From NCBI GenBank assembly GCA_949283935.1, contig CASDUJ010000021.1, forward strand, positions 38,396 to 102,395: 64,000 nucleotides of DNA, read 5' to 3'. Position numbers and translations under genes: made by a program. The notes under the pieces are model-generated. The model was not told where the DNA came from, did no database searches, and saw nothing but the letters and a program-made list of their open reading frames with translations. Every line of letters starts with the position of its first letter. Within the stretch, counting starts at the first letter, position 1. The DNA is from an uncultured bacterium. GTDB taxonomy: Bacteria > Cyanobacteriota > Vampirovibrionia > Gastranaerophilales > JAILCC01. Shown here one piece after another: positions 19,639 through 29,043 of this stretch.

Positions 19639-21042
19639 ATGTCTTCAATTATAAATTCAGACATTATTTATAATACTGTAAAAGAACTTTGTTTGTTGGC
19701 AAATACAAAACTGCCCAAAGAAGAATATTTTGCTCTAAAAAAGCTATATGAAAATGAAACAAATTTTAATGCTAAATGTGCACTTTCACAAATTCTTAAC
19801 AACGCAAAAATTGCTTTTGAAAAAAAACGTCCGTTATGTCAGGATACAGGATTTGTAACAGTTTTTGCAGATATAGGAAATGAAGTTTCTATTGAAGGGG
19901 AAATTCTTGAAAATGTGATAAATAAAGCTGTACGAGATGCTTATCTAGATAATTTTTTCAGAAAATCAATTGTTTCAGACCCTTTGTTTGAAAGACTAAA
20001 TACTCAAAATAATACTCCAATTATGCTGCACACGAACATAGTATCTGGTAATGAAATAAAATTAACTTTGAGTATAAAAGGAGGGGGGTGTGAAAATATA
20101 TCTGCTACTAAAATGTTAACTCCTGCAGAAGGTATGAAAGGAATTATTGATTTTGTTGTTAACGTTATTAAGCTTGCAAACTCTAAACCATGCCCGCCAA
20201 TAAGGATAGGAATTGGTATTGGTTCTAATTTTGAAGGTGCATCAATTTTATCTAAAAAAGCTCTTTTGCTTCCTGTAAAACATTCTGATGATGATAAATT
20301 TAGTCGTCTTGCCAAAGATATTTTGGAGAAAATAAATGATTTAAATATTGGAGTTATGGGGCTTGGAGGAAAATCAACTTGCTATTCAGTAAATATTTTA
20401 CATCAACCTTGTCATATTGCTTCTTTACCTGTTGCTGTAAGTATTTCTTGCCATAGTTCTCGTCATTCTTCAGTTATCATAAAAACTAACAAAGTTATTT
20501 GGCTTGAAGAAAATTATGATTTTGGGCCTTTAATAAATTCAGCCCAAACTTTGAAAAAAGTTGATTTGAACTCCCCTGAAATTGTTAGGCAACTTAAAAA
20601 AGGTGAAAACATATTGCTTTCTGGTAAAGTTTACACTGCAAGAGATGCTGCGCATAAAAAATTTGCTGAAATATTGAAAAAAAATGAAAAGTTACCTTTT
20701 GATATAAAAAATGCTGTAATTTTTTATGCTGGTCCTTGTCCAGCTTCTTCTTTTGAAATTATAGGTCCTATAGGACCTACAACAAGTTCAAGAATGGATT
20801 TGTACGCATCTGAATTATATTCACTGGGACTTTTGGCTGTAATAGGAAAAGGTGAGCGTTCAGATAGGGTTTATGCTGCTATGAAAAAATTTAATGGCAA
20901 ATATTTTACTGTTACAGGCGGCATTGCATCTTTATTGCAAAACTGCGTAAAATCTGCTCGCATAATTGCATATCCAGAACTTGGAGCTGAAGCAGTTTTT
21001 GAATTAGAGATTGAAAATTTACCTGTAATCGTAAATGCTTAG
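19639..21042 (+). CDS. Class I Fe-S fumarate hydratase / tartrate dehydratase family, fused alpha+beta
   Basis: 467 aa. It has the CQDTG motif and an alpha-type N-half, plus a beta-type C-half (GKVYTARDAAHKK, IFYAGP, GPTTSSRMD, GKGERS). Confidence 0.85.
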   Translation: MSSIINSDIIYNTVKELCLLANTKLPKEEYFALKKLYENETNFNAKCALSQILNNAKIAFEKKRPLCQDTGFVTVFADIGNEVSIEGEILENVINKAVRDAYLDNFFRKSIVSDPLFERLNTQNNTPIMLHTNIVSGNEIKLTLSIKGGGCENISATKMLTPAEGMKGIIDFVVNVIKLANSKPCPPIRIGIGIGSNFEGASILSKKALLLPVKHSDDDKFSRLAKDILEKINDLNIGVMGLGGKSTCYSVNILHQPCHIASLPVAVSISCHSSRHSSVIIKTNKVIWLEENYDFGPLINSAQTLKKVDLNSPEIVRQLKKGENILLSGKVYTARDAAHKKFAEILKKNEKLPFDIKNAVIFYAGPCPASSFEIIGPIGPTTSSRMDLYASELYSLGLLAVIGKGERSDRVYAAMKKFNGKYFTVTGGIASLLQNCVKSARIIAYPELGAEAVFELEIENLPVIVNA

Positions 21043-21055
21043 GAGTGTATTTCTT

Positions 21056-22154
21056 TTATTTTTTTCTCATTCTTAAATATGCTTCGACAAAACCATCTAT
21101 TTCACCGTTCATAACATTTTCTACGTTTCCTTCGGAATAATTTGTCCTGTGATCTTTAACCATTTTGTAGGGATGAAAAACGTATGAACGTATTTGTGAA
21201 CCAAAGTTTACATCTACTGCTTCCCCTTTTAATCCTGCTAATTTAGCTTCGTGTTCAGCTTGTTTTATTGCTAAAAGTTTGGAGGCAAGCATTTGTAATG
21301 CTAATTCTTTGTTTTGAAGTTGAGATCTTTCTTGTTGACATTTTACAACAATTCCCGTTGGTTTGTGGTAAATTCTTACTGCAGTTTCTACTTTATTTAC
21401 ATTTTGTCCTCCAGCTCCGCCTGATCTCATTGTCTCAATTTCTACGTCCTCTGGAGAAATTTCTACTTCTTTTTCTATATCTGCTACCAAAGGGCTTACT
21501 TCTAAAGATGCAAAGCTAGTTTGTCTTTTGTTGTTTGCATTAAAAGGTGAGAGTCTTACTAATCTATGTACACCTTTTTCTGCTTTTGCGTATCCATAAG
21601 CATATTTGCCAGTTAGTTTGATAGTTGCACTTTTAATTCCAGCTTCATCTCCTTCTGAAATATCCATTATATCAACTTTCCAGTTTCTTAATTGTCCCCA
21701 CCTTGTGTACATACGCAATAACATTTGTGCCCAATCTTGTGCATCGGTTCCTCCAGCTCCTGCAATAACTGTAAGAATTGCATCATTTTCATCGTATTCG
21801 TCTGACAAAAGTTTTTCTAATTCCCATTTGTCTAATTTTTCTGTAAGTTCTTTTGCAGAATTTTGAACTTCTTCTAAAAGATCTTCATCTACTTCTTCTT
21901 CAATTATTTCAAGACCCAAAAATGCTTCTTCTATTTGTTTTTCCCAAGAAGAAATCATGTTCATTAATTCTTTTTTCTCATTTAATTCTTTTGAAATTTT
22001 ACCTGCTTCTTCAATATTTGACCATATTTCTTTGTTTTGTAATTTTTTTTCTAAGGTCTCTATATCTTTTTCTGCTTTTGCAATGTCAAAGATACTCCTT
22101 AGCTTTGTTTATTCTTACAAATATATTCTCAAGTTCTTTTTTTAACTCGTACAT
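21056..22154 (-). CDS. prfB: Peptide chain release factor 2, requiring a programmed +1 frameshift
   Basis: Frame 0 reads [25 protein letters not shown] (22154..22086). The +1 frame continues [22 protein letters not shown]... into the track ORF 21056..21964. SPF and GGQ motifs are present ([38 protein letters not shown]). Confidence 0.93.
22085..22100 (-). promoter_or_regulatory. prfB +1 frameshift signal: AAGGAG-TAT-CTT-TGA-C
   Basis: The minus strand reads ctAAGGAGtatCTTTGACatt. This is an internal SD-like element 3 nt before the CUU UGA C slippery/stop site, identical in logic to E. coli prfB. Confidence 0.9.
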
Positions 22155-22254
22155 AAATATTACCCTTTGTAAAAATTATAACTTAAACTTCTTGAATATT
22201 AAAATACTTTTTTATTTTATGCTATTATTTTCGTACATGGAAAAGGAGAGAATT

Positions 22255-23514
22255 ATGTCTAGATATTTATTTACCTCGGAATCTGTAACTGAAGGTCATC
22301 CTGATAAAGTTTGCGACCAAATTTCAGATGCTATATTAGATGCTTTTTTAACTAAAGATGAAAAATCAAGAGTGGCAGCAGAAACTTCTGTAACTACAGG
22401 TATGGTTTTAGTTTCAGGAGAAATTACTTCGGAATGTTATGTTGATATTCCTGCTGTTGTAAGGAATACTATTGAAAAGATTGGTTATGTGGGAGATAGA
22501 AGTGGTGGTTTTTGTGCAAAAACTTGTGCTGTTTTAACTAGTATTGATGAACAATCTCCCGATATAGCTCATGGTGTAAATTCAGCTCTTGAAGCAAGAA
22601 AAAGTGACAATGAAAATGTAGAAACTGAAAATATTGGGGCAGGAGATCAAGGTATTATGTTTGGTTTTGCTTGCGATGAAACTCCTGAATTAATGCCTTT
22701 GCCTATAAGTCTTGCACATAGGCTTTCTCACAAACTTGCTGAAGTAAGAAAAAATGGAACTCTAAATTATTTAAGACCAGATGGTAAGTCTCAAGTTACT
22801 ATTGAATATGTTGATGGTATACCTTCTAGAATTGATACTATAGTTATTTCTACCCAACATGATCCTGTAATTAATGGTGTATCTTCTAATTCAGAAGTTC
22901 AACAGATTATTTCTAAAGATATGTTAAAGTACGTTATTGAACCGGTTTTTGCAAATGATAAAATAAAACCGGATTCTAACACAAAATATTTGATTAATCC
23001 TTCAGGAAAATTTGTTGTTGGAGGTCCCCAAGGAGATGCAGGGCTTACTGGTAGAAAAATTATTGTTGATACCTATGGCGGATATTCTAGACATGGAGGT
23101 GGAGCTTTTAGTGGTAAAGATCCAACAAAAGTTGATAGAAGTGCTGCTTACGCCGCAAGATATGTTGCTAAAAATATTGTAGCTGCTGGTCTTGCAAAAA
23201 AATGTGAATTGCAATTAGGTTATGCAATTGGGGTTGCACAACCTGTTTCTGTTATGGTTGATACTTTTGGTACAGGCATTATTTCTGATGATAAAATTTC
23301 AGAAATTGTTTCAAAAGTTTTTGATTTAAGACCTGCAGCAATAATTAATAATTTTGAATTGAGAAAGCTTCCTGCAAAAAATGGCGGGTGTTTTTATCAA
23401 AAAATTGCGGCATATGGACATCTGGGAAGAACCGATATAGAACTTCCTTGGGAAAAACTTGATAAAGTTTCAAAAATTAAAGAATTAGTTCAAGCTCTTA
23501 CTTGTTGCAAATAA
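22255..23514 (+). CDS. metK: S-adenosylmethionine synthetase
   Basis: [26 protein letters not shown]..., [15 protein letters not shown]. The ATG at 22255 has AAAGGAGAG upstream. The track ORF start at 21853 is a spurious extension antisense to prfB. Confidence 0.95.
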   Translation: MSRYLFTSESVTEGHPDKVCDQISDAILDAFLTKDEKSRVAAETSVTTGMVLVSGEITSECYVDIPAVVRNTIEKIGYVGDRSGGFCAKTCAVLTSIDEQSPDIAHGVNSALEARKSDNENVETENIGAGDQGIMFGFACDETPELMPLPISLAHRLSHKLAEVRKNGTLNYLRPDGKSQVTIEYVDGIPSRIDTIVISTQHDPVINGVSSNSEVQQIISKDMLKYVIEPVFANDKIKPDSNTKYLINPSGKFVVGGPQGDAGLTGRKIIVDTYGGYSRHGGGAFSGKDPTKVDRSAAYAARYVAKNIVAAGLAKKCELQLGYAIGVAQPVSVMVDTFGTGIISDDKISEIVSKVFDLRPAAIINNFELRKLPAKNGGCFYQKIAAYGHLGRTDIELPWEKLDKVSKIKELVQALTCCK

Positions 23515-24551
23515 TGAAACTTAGTGATTTTAATTATGATTTAGACGAGAGTTTAATTGCGCAAATGCCTTCGCAGAAGCGCGAAAACTCTCGTTTAATG
23601 CATTTATGTAAAAATGGATGCAAAATAGAGCATTTGCATTTTTACGATATAATTAATCTCTTAAATTCAAACGATTTTCTAGTATTAAATGATACTAGGG
23701 TTTTTCCTGCAAGAATTTTTGCAAAAAAATCTACTGGGGCAAATATTGAAATATTTCTTTTAAAAGAAATTAGAAATAAAATTTGGGAAGTTCTTCTAAA
23801 ACCTGCAAAAAGAGTTAAAATTGGGGATGTTTTATTTGTGTCTGAAAAATTATCAGTTGTTTTGCTTGAAAAAAATGACGAAACTTGTTTAGTTGAACTT
23901 TTTTATGAGGGTAATATATACAAAATTCTAGAACAAATAGGGCAAATGCCATTACCTCCTTATATTGAAAGAAAATTAGTTTCCGATAAAATAAAAGAAA
24001 TTGATTATGAGAGATACCAAACTGTTTTTGCAAAAAAATCCGGTTCTGTTGCGGCTCCTACTGCCGGCTTGCATTTTACAAATGAAATACTCGCTCAACT
24101 TTCTAATAAAGGTGTTGAAATTGCTTTTGTAACTTTGAATGTTGGTTTAGGAACTTTTAGGCCTGTTAAATGCGAAAATATTTCTGAGCATAAAATGCAT
24201 TCTGAAGAATTTGAAATTGATATAAATAATGCACAAAAAATTAATAATGCATTGAAAAACAGAAAAAATATTGTAGCAGTAGGAACTACTTCAGTTAGAA
24301 CATTGGAAACGACAATGGAGCAATTTGGAGAAATAAAAGCGTGTAAAAGTTCTAGTGACCTTTTTATTTATCCAGGATATAAATTTAAAATTGTTGATAA
24401 AATTTTAACTAATTTTCATTTGCCAAAATCTACTCTACTTATGTTAGTAAGTGCATTTGCAGGTAAAGATTTTATTTTTTCTGCGTACCAACAAGCTATT
24501 GAGCAAAAATATAGATTTTTTAGCTACGGAGATTGCATGTTGATAGAATAG
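23514..24551 (+). CDS. queA: S-adenosylmethionine:tRNA ribosyltransferase-isomerase
   Basis: [53 protein letters not shown]. The ATG overlaps the metK stop as TAATG. Confidence 0.92.
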   Translation: MKLSDFNYDLDESLIAQMPSQKRENSRLMHLCKNGCKIEHLHFYDIINLLNSNDFLVLNDTRVFPARIFAKKSTGANIEIFLLKEIRNKIWEVLLKPAKRVKIGDVLFVSEKLSVVLLEKNDETCLVELFYEGNIYKILEQIGQMPLPPYIERKLVSDKIKEIDYERYQTVFAKKSGSVAAPTAGLHFTNEILAQLSNKGVEIAFVTLNVGLGTFRPVKCENISEHKMHSEEFEIDINNAQKINNALKNRKNIVAVGTTSVRTLETTMEQFGEIKACKSSSDLFIYPGYKFKIVDKILTNFHLPKSTLLMLVSAFAGKDFIFSAYQQAIEQKYRFFSYGDCMLIE

Positions 24552-24574
24552 CTTTAATGATTTAAAATAAATTT

Positions 24575-25528
24575 ATGCAAAATGAGGATTTTTACAAAAG
24601 TATATTAAATCTTGTTTCTTTGCCTCTATGCCTTTGTGACAAAGATGGGTTTGTTATTTTTGCTAATCTAGCTTTTAAAGATAAAATTGATATTTCTAAA
24701 ATAAATTCTTTACAAGAAATTGAAACCCTGTTTTCTTCTAAATGTGAAGTAAAAGAGATAAAAATTTCTCAAAATACATATAAAATTGTAACAATCGAAG
24801 AAAATGAAAATCAGGTTCATCAAGATTTTGTAAGCACAGTTAGTCATGAACTTAGAACTCCTTTAACTAGTATAAGAGGCTTTGCTGATACTATGCTTTT
24901 GTCTTCAGATAAATTATCTCAAGATCAAAGACAAAAATTTTTAACAATAATTAGAAATCAAGCTGATAGATTAACTCGACTAGTCGAAAATCTTTTGGAA
25001 GTTTCAAATATATCTAAAAAAGACAAACTTATTTTTAAAGAAATTGATTTTGCTAATTTTATTGCGCCAATAATAACAATTTTTGAGCGTAAATATCCAT
25101 TATGTGATTTTGAAATTTTAATTTCTCCTAATCTACCTGCTTTGTGGGTTGATAGTGATGCTTTGGAACAAATTATTACTAATTTAATTGACAATGCAGC
25201 TAAATATTCTCATGAAAATTCTACAATTACGATTAAAGCAAATTATGTGAATGATTTTATAGAAATTAAAATTTTTGACGAAGCTGAAAAAATTCCGGTT
25301 AATCAATTAGAAAAAATTTTTAATAAATTTTCGAGAATTGACAATCCTTTAACTAGAAAAGTTGAAGGAAGTGGCTTGGGTCTTTTTATTACTAAAGCTT
25401 TGACGCAAAAACTTAATGGGAGGGTTTTTGCTCAAAATTATGAAAAGGGAAATATTTTTACTCTTGAATTACCTTTGAGTTCTGTAGAAAAACAACTTGA
25501 AACAAAAATTTCAGGAGAAGCTCAATGA
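24575..25528 (+). CDS. Cytoplasmic PAS-type sensor histidine kinase
   Basis: No TM segment. H-box FVSTVSHELRTPLTSIRGF, N-box NLIDNAAKYS, G2 GSGLGLFI. Confidence 0.85.
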   Translation: MQNEDFYKSILNLVSLPLCLCDKDGFVIFANLAFKDKIDISKINSLQEIETLFSSKCEVKEIKISQNTYKIVTIEENENQVHQDFVSTVSHELRTPLTSIRGFADTMLLSSDKLSQDQRQKFLTIIRNQADRLTRLVENLLEVSNISKKDKLIFKEIDFANFIAPIITIFERKYPLCDFEILISPNLPALWVDSDALEQIITNLIDNAAKYSHENSTITIKANYVNDFIEIKIFDEAEKIPVNQLEKIFNKFSRIDNPLTRKVEGSGLGLFITKALTQKLNGRVFAQNYEKGNIFTLELPLSSVEKQLETKISGEAQ

Positions 25529-26823
25529 ATGGAAATCTTGTACTAATTTTTGATAAAAGATTAGAGATTTCAAATAAATACAAAAAAATATTAGAACAAA
25601 ATCACTGTGCTCATGTTGTTATTGTTAACGAAAAAGAAAATTTTTTAAAATTTTTGCTAAAATTAGAGCCCGACATGATTTTGATTTCAGAAAGTGTTAC
25701 GGAAAATTTATCAATTTTAGCGGAAGAAATTAGAAATACCAAATTACAATTTAGACCTGTAATAGTTTTGCTTTCAAAGTCAAGCTTTATTGAAGATAGA
25801 TCCAATGCACTTAATGCCGGAGCTGATGATTTTTTGAGTGAACCTATGGATTCTGAAGAATTTTTAGCTCGAATAAATGCTCATTTAAGAAGAACTATTG
25901 AAGAAAATTCTTCTCCTTTAACCAAATTGCCTTCTGAGGCTTATACTAACAAAATTGTTAGGCGTACCATTAAAGAGAGTACGGCTTGGTCTATGTTGCT
26001 TATAGGTATTGATTATTATTCTGCTTATAAGGAAATTTATGGCGAAATCCCTTCTAATAAATTATTGCAAGCTTATGCTGCAATCTTAAATGCTACCTTA
26101 GAGTACAATGATTTTGTGGGACAACTTAATTTTGATAATTTTTTAATTATTACTTCATCTTTTAAAGCTGAAAAATTGGCTGATTATCTCAATTATGCGT
26201 TTGATAGTGTTGCAAAAAGATTTTATTCAAAAGAAGATAGCTCAAGAGGTTATATTCTTTTGCATGGTGAAAATAAAGCCGGATGCAAAATTCCTTTGAT
26301 GACCGCTAGTATCGGAATTATAAATTCTGAATTAATAAATTATAACGACTCTGTTGAGGCAATTAATGCATTGTATAAAGTACAAAAATTAGCTAAAACT
26401 ATTTCCGGCTCTTCTATAATTATTGATAGACCTATGCTAACAAGTGATGAAGTTTTTAAATTTATTGACGAAAAAAATATTGTGGTAATCGAGCAAGATG
26501 ATGATTTGTCTTATTTATTGGAAACAACTTTAAAAATTCAAGGTTTTAATCCCATTATTTACAATAACTATGAAATGGAAATAAAAGATTTGTTAAGTTC
26601 TTCTCCTTCATTGATTATTATAGATAGCGGAAGAGAAAATAATAAAGCTGCTTTGAGTCTTTGCCAAAAAATCAAAAATAATTCTACTCAAAATATTAAA
26701 ATAATTTTTACTGATACAGCTCATGAAAAGGAACAAATACTCAGTGCCGGAGCTGATTTGTATCTTCCGAAACCTTATGATTTAATGAATTTGTTCCAAT
26801 GGATTTACAAGTTACGAGAATAA
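25525..26823 (+). CDS. Multidomain response regulator: degenerate REC, degenerate GGDEF, canonical REC
   Basis: REC1 lacks the acceptor Asp and the conserved Lys (PDMILISES, DDFLSEP). The middle domain aligns to GGDEF, but the signature reads QLNFDNF. REC2 is canonical (EQDDD, LIIIDSG, IFTDT, LPKP). It overlaps the kinase gene by 4 nt. Confidence 0.7.
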   Translation: MNGNLVLIFDKRLEISNKYKKILEQNHCAHVVIVNEKENFLKFLLKLEPDMILISESVTENLSILAEEIRNTKLQFRPVIVLLSKSSFIEDRSNALNAGADDFLSEPMDSEEFLARINAHLRRTIEENSSPLTKLPSEAYTNKIVRRTIKESTAWSMLLIGIDYYSAYKEIYGEIPSNKLLQAYAAILNATLEYNDFVGQLNFDNFLIITSSFKAEKLADYLNYAFDSVAKRFYSKEDSSRGYILLHGENKAGCKIPLMTASIGIINSELINYNDSVEAINALYKVQKLAKTISGSSIIIDRPMLTSDEVFKFIDEKNIVVIEQDDDLSYLLETTLKIQGFNPIIYNNYEMEIKDLLSSSPSLIIIDSGRENNKAALSLCQKIKNNSTQNIKIIFTDTAHEKEQILSAGADLYLPKPYDLMNLFQWIYKLRE

Positions 26824-26950
26824 TGTAAATTTTTGTTTTATAGTTGCAAAATTTTGACAAATTTATTTTGTTCATAAAATGTTTATATTGAGCAATTTTC
26901 ACATCTGTTTTGTTTTTATTGTGGTGTAAGGTTAGTTGAAGGTGGTTGTT

Positions 26951-27115
26951 ATGTACAATAGTAAATTTTTTGGTTACGTTATTAATAGTGCAATTAAAAG
27001 TAAAAACGCACCTAAAATTGAAGAGCCGGATTTTCAAAAAATTGGGTTATGTGGAATTATTAATTATCTTTATTCTACGAATCCTAACAAAAAATATTAT
27101 GGAAAAATGGCCTAG
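26951..27115 (+). CDS. Unannotated 54-aa ORF of unknown function
   Basis: My translation is MYNSKFFGYVINSAIKSKNAPKIEEPDFQKIGLCGIINYLYSTNPNKKYYGKMA. GAAGGTGG lies 5 nt upstream of the ATG. The ORF is below the track size cutoff. Confidence 0.4.
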   Translation: MYNSKFFGYVINSAIKSKNAPKIEEPDFQKIGLCGIINYLYSTNPNKKYYGKMA

Positions 27116-27142
27116 CAGTCCAAATATTTTAGTCTTTTCAAT

Positions 27143-27167
27143 AAAAAACCCGAATTTTAATTCCGGG
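27143..27167 (-). terminator. Intrinsic terminator oriented for the minus strand, with no annotated minus-strand gene feeding it
   Basis: The minus strand reads CCCGGAAT-TAAA-ATTCGGG followed by TTTTTTATT (7-bp GC-rich stem with one bulged G). On the plus strand no U-run follows the stem. Confidence 0.55.
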
Positions 27168-27387
27168 CGGGTAAATAGGGATAATAGTGGGGTAAATTTG
27201 TTAAATCTCTCTTTTAGTCTCTCTTGTGGTTTTCTTAGCTCTTATACTTTATAAAAAACTTTTTTTTGAAATTTATTGCTATATTTTATATATATTAACT
27301 TAATATTACTTAATCTATTGTTATATATCCTTTATTTGTTAACTTTTCCCGATTTGAATTTTATTAAAATTTAAACAATAATTAGTT

Positions 27388-27804
27388 ATGTTTAAAAAAA
27401 TTTTCATGTCCAACTTTAAATTTAATATGTTTTTACAAGAGTACTATAAATATATTATCGCAGGCATATTTGTTACTGTTGTTGATTTTTCCGTATTGAT
27501 TTTTTTAACAGAATATTGCAATTTTTATCATATGTATTCAGCTGCAATGGCTTTTGTCATGGCTTCAATATTGCATTATTATTTAAGTGTTTCTTTTGTC
27601 TTTAAAAATAGAATTTTTCACAAAAAAGGATTTGAATTTCTTATTTTTTTTATTATTGGTCTGTTGGGCTTGATTTTTTTTCTTGTTTTTTTCTATCTTT
27701 TCACTGATGTAATTGGTGTATATTATATTTTTTCTAAAATTTTTGCGTCAGGAATTTCTTTTACTTTCAATTTTCTTGCTAGAAAAATCTTACTTTTTCG
27801 TTAG
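27388..27804 (+). CDS. GtrA-family membrane protein
   Basis: 138 aa with 4 TM segments. YKYIIAGIFVTVVDFSVL...Y.....AF.......Y.L...FVF is GtrA-like. Confidence 0.7.
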   Translation: MFKKIFMSNFKFNMFLQEYYKYIIAGIFVTVVDFSVLIFLTEYCNFYHMYSAAMAFVMASILHYYLSVSFVFKNRIFHKKGFEFLIFFIIGLLGLIFFLVFFYLFTDVIGVYYIFSKIFASGISFTFNFLARKILLFR

Positions 27805-28925
27805 GCTAAAATTTCACTTATAATGTAGTTACTTATGACAAATCCTTTGGTTGTTAAATGAAATGTTTCATTTTCTAATCTTGCGTAGTTATTTTCTACA
27901 AATTTATTTATACTTTCCCCTTTACTTTTAAGTAAATCTCTCCCATATTTTTCTTTTATTATTTTTAAATTTATTCCTTTTCTTAGTCTCAAACCCAAAA
28001 ATATTTCCTCTTCCATCGTGTCACTTAGGGTGTTTATATTTATAATTTCTTTGTTTAGGGGATTTTCTATGTATTTTTCCAGATTAGATAAATTTTTGTA
28101 TCTAATATTATTTAAATATCCATGAGCTGCGACTCCTAGCCCTATATATTCTTCATTTTGCCAATACGTTAAATTATGCTTTGCCTCAAATTCTGGTTTA
28201 GCAAAATTGCTAATTTCGTAATGAACAAAACCTTCTTTTTCTAATTCATTAGATATTTTCATATACATTTCATAGCATAAATCTTCGGATGGAAGTTTGC
28301 TTTGGTCATATTTTTCAAAAGGAGTATTTTTTTCAATTTTAAGACCATAAGTTGATATGTGTTTTGGGTTTATTCTTTTGATTATTTTTAAGTCATTTTC
28401 TATGTCTTCTAATGTTTGATAAAATATCCCGTATATTAAGTCTATACTGTAATTTTTAATTTCTGCATTTTCTATTTTTTTTATTGTTTCAAATACCTCT
28501 TTTGTTGTATGTAATCTGTTTAAAATTTTTAAAATTTTCTCATTAAAACTTTGAACTCCTAGGCTTAAACGATTTATTCCTAATTTTTTTAATTCTTTAA
28601 AATATCTTCCGTTTGATATGGCTGGATTTATTTCTATAGTTATTTCAGGCATGTGTGCAATGTGAAAGTTTTCTTCTATTTTAGTCAAAATTTTTTCTAT
28701 ATTTTCTAATGACAACAAATTAGGTGTTCCTCCACCTAAATATATTGTTTCGATTGTTCCTTTTGAATTGAAATTTTCTATTTCTTTGCATAAAGCAACT
28801 ACATAAGAGTTTTCGTATTGAGATAAGTTTGTAAAGGATGTAAATGAACAATAATTACATTTCCTTTTGCAAAAAGGGATATGAATATAAATGCTTTTAG
28901 CTTTTGAATTTAAGAGATTTTTCAT
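27801..28925 (-). CDS. hemW: Radical SAM HemN-like heme chaperone HemW
   Basis: YIHIPFCKRKCNYCSF (CxxxCxxC), GGGTP, and 374 aa, which is HemW-sized. Confidence 0.85.
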   Translation of the reverse strand: MKNLLNSKAKSIYIHIPFCKRKCNYCSFTSFTNLSQYENSYVVALCKEIENFNSKGTIETIYLGGGTPNLLSLENIEKILTKIEENFHIAHMPEITIEINPAISNGRYFKELKKLGINRLSLGVQSFNEKILKILNRLHTTKEVFETIKKIENAEIKNYSIDLIYGIFYQTLEDIENDLKIIKRINPKHISTYGLKIEKNTPFEKYDQSKLPSEDLCYEMYMKISNELEKEGFVHYEISNFAKPEFEAKHNLTYWQNEEYIGLGVAAHGYLNNIRYKNLSNLEKYIENPLNKEIININTLSDTMEEEIFLGLRLRKGINLKIIKEKYGRDLLKSKGESINKFVENNYARLENETFHLTTKGFVISNYIISEILA

Positions 28926-29043
28926 ATAAATAATAGTAGTTCAGATGGATGATACTTACAAGAAAAAGATAAATTTAAGTTAAATTTATGTTAAATTAGT
29001 AGCCAAATAAGTTTTCTTATTATTTAATATATTATGGAAGAAT

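Noticed and set aside
21853-22254. The ORF track shows a 553-aa ORF (21853..23514) that would give MetK a 134-aa N-terminal extension.
   Set aside because: The extension is low-complexity (L/F-rich) and lies antisense to the 5' part of prfB. MetK homology begins exactly at [18 protein letters not shown], with a strong RBS at 22244..22250.
22155-22254. I looked for a SAM riboswitch upstream of metK. I also looked for a glycine riboswitch upstream of gcvPB (7746..7895) and a preQ1 element near queC.
   Set aside because: The leaders are short and AT-rich and lack the conserved G/C-rich cores of these riboswitches. queC has no leader because it overlaps the upstream gene.
26946-27254. A 102-aa ORF-track entry lies in the response-regulator/gtrA gap.
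   Set aside because: It starts without an RBS, reads through the terminator hairpin, and has a hydrophobic, nonsense-like sequence. The alternative 54-aa frame with GAAGGTGG upstream is more credible.
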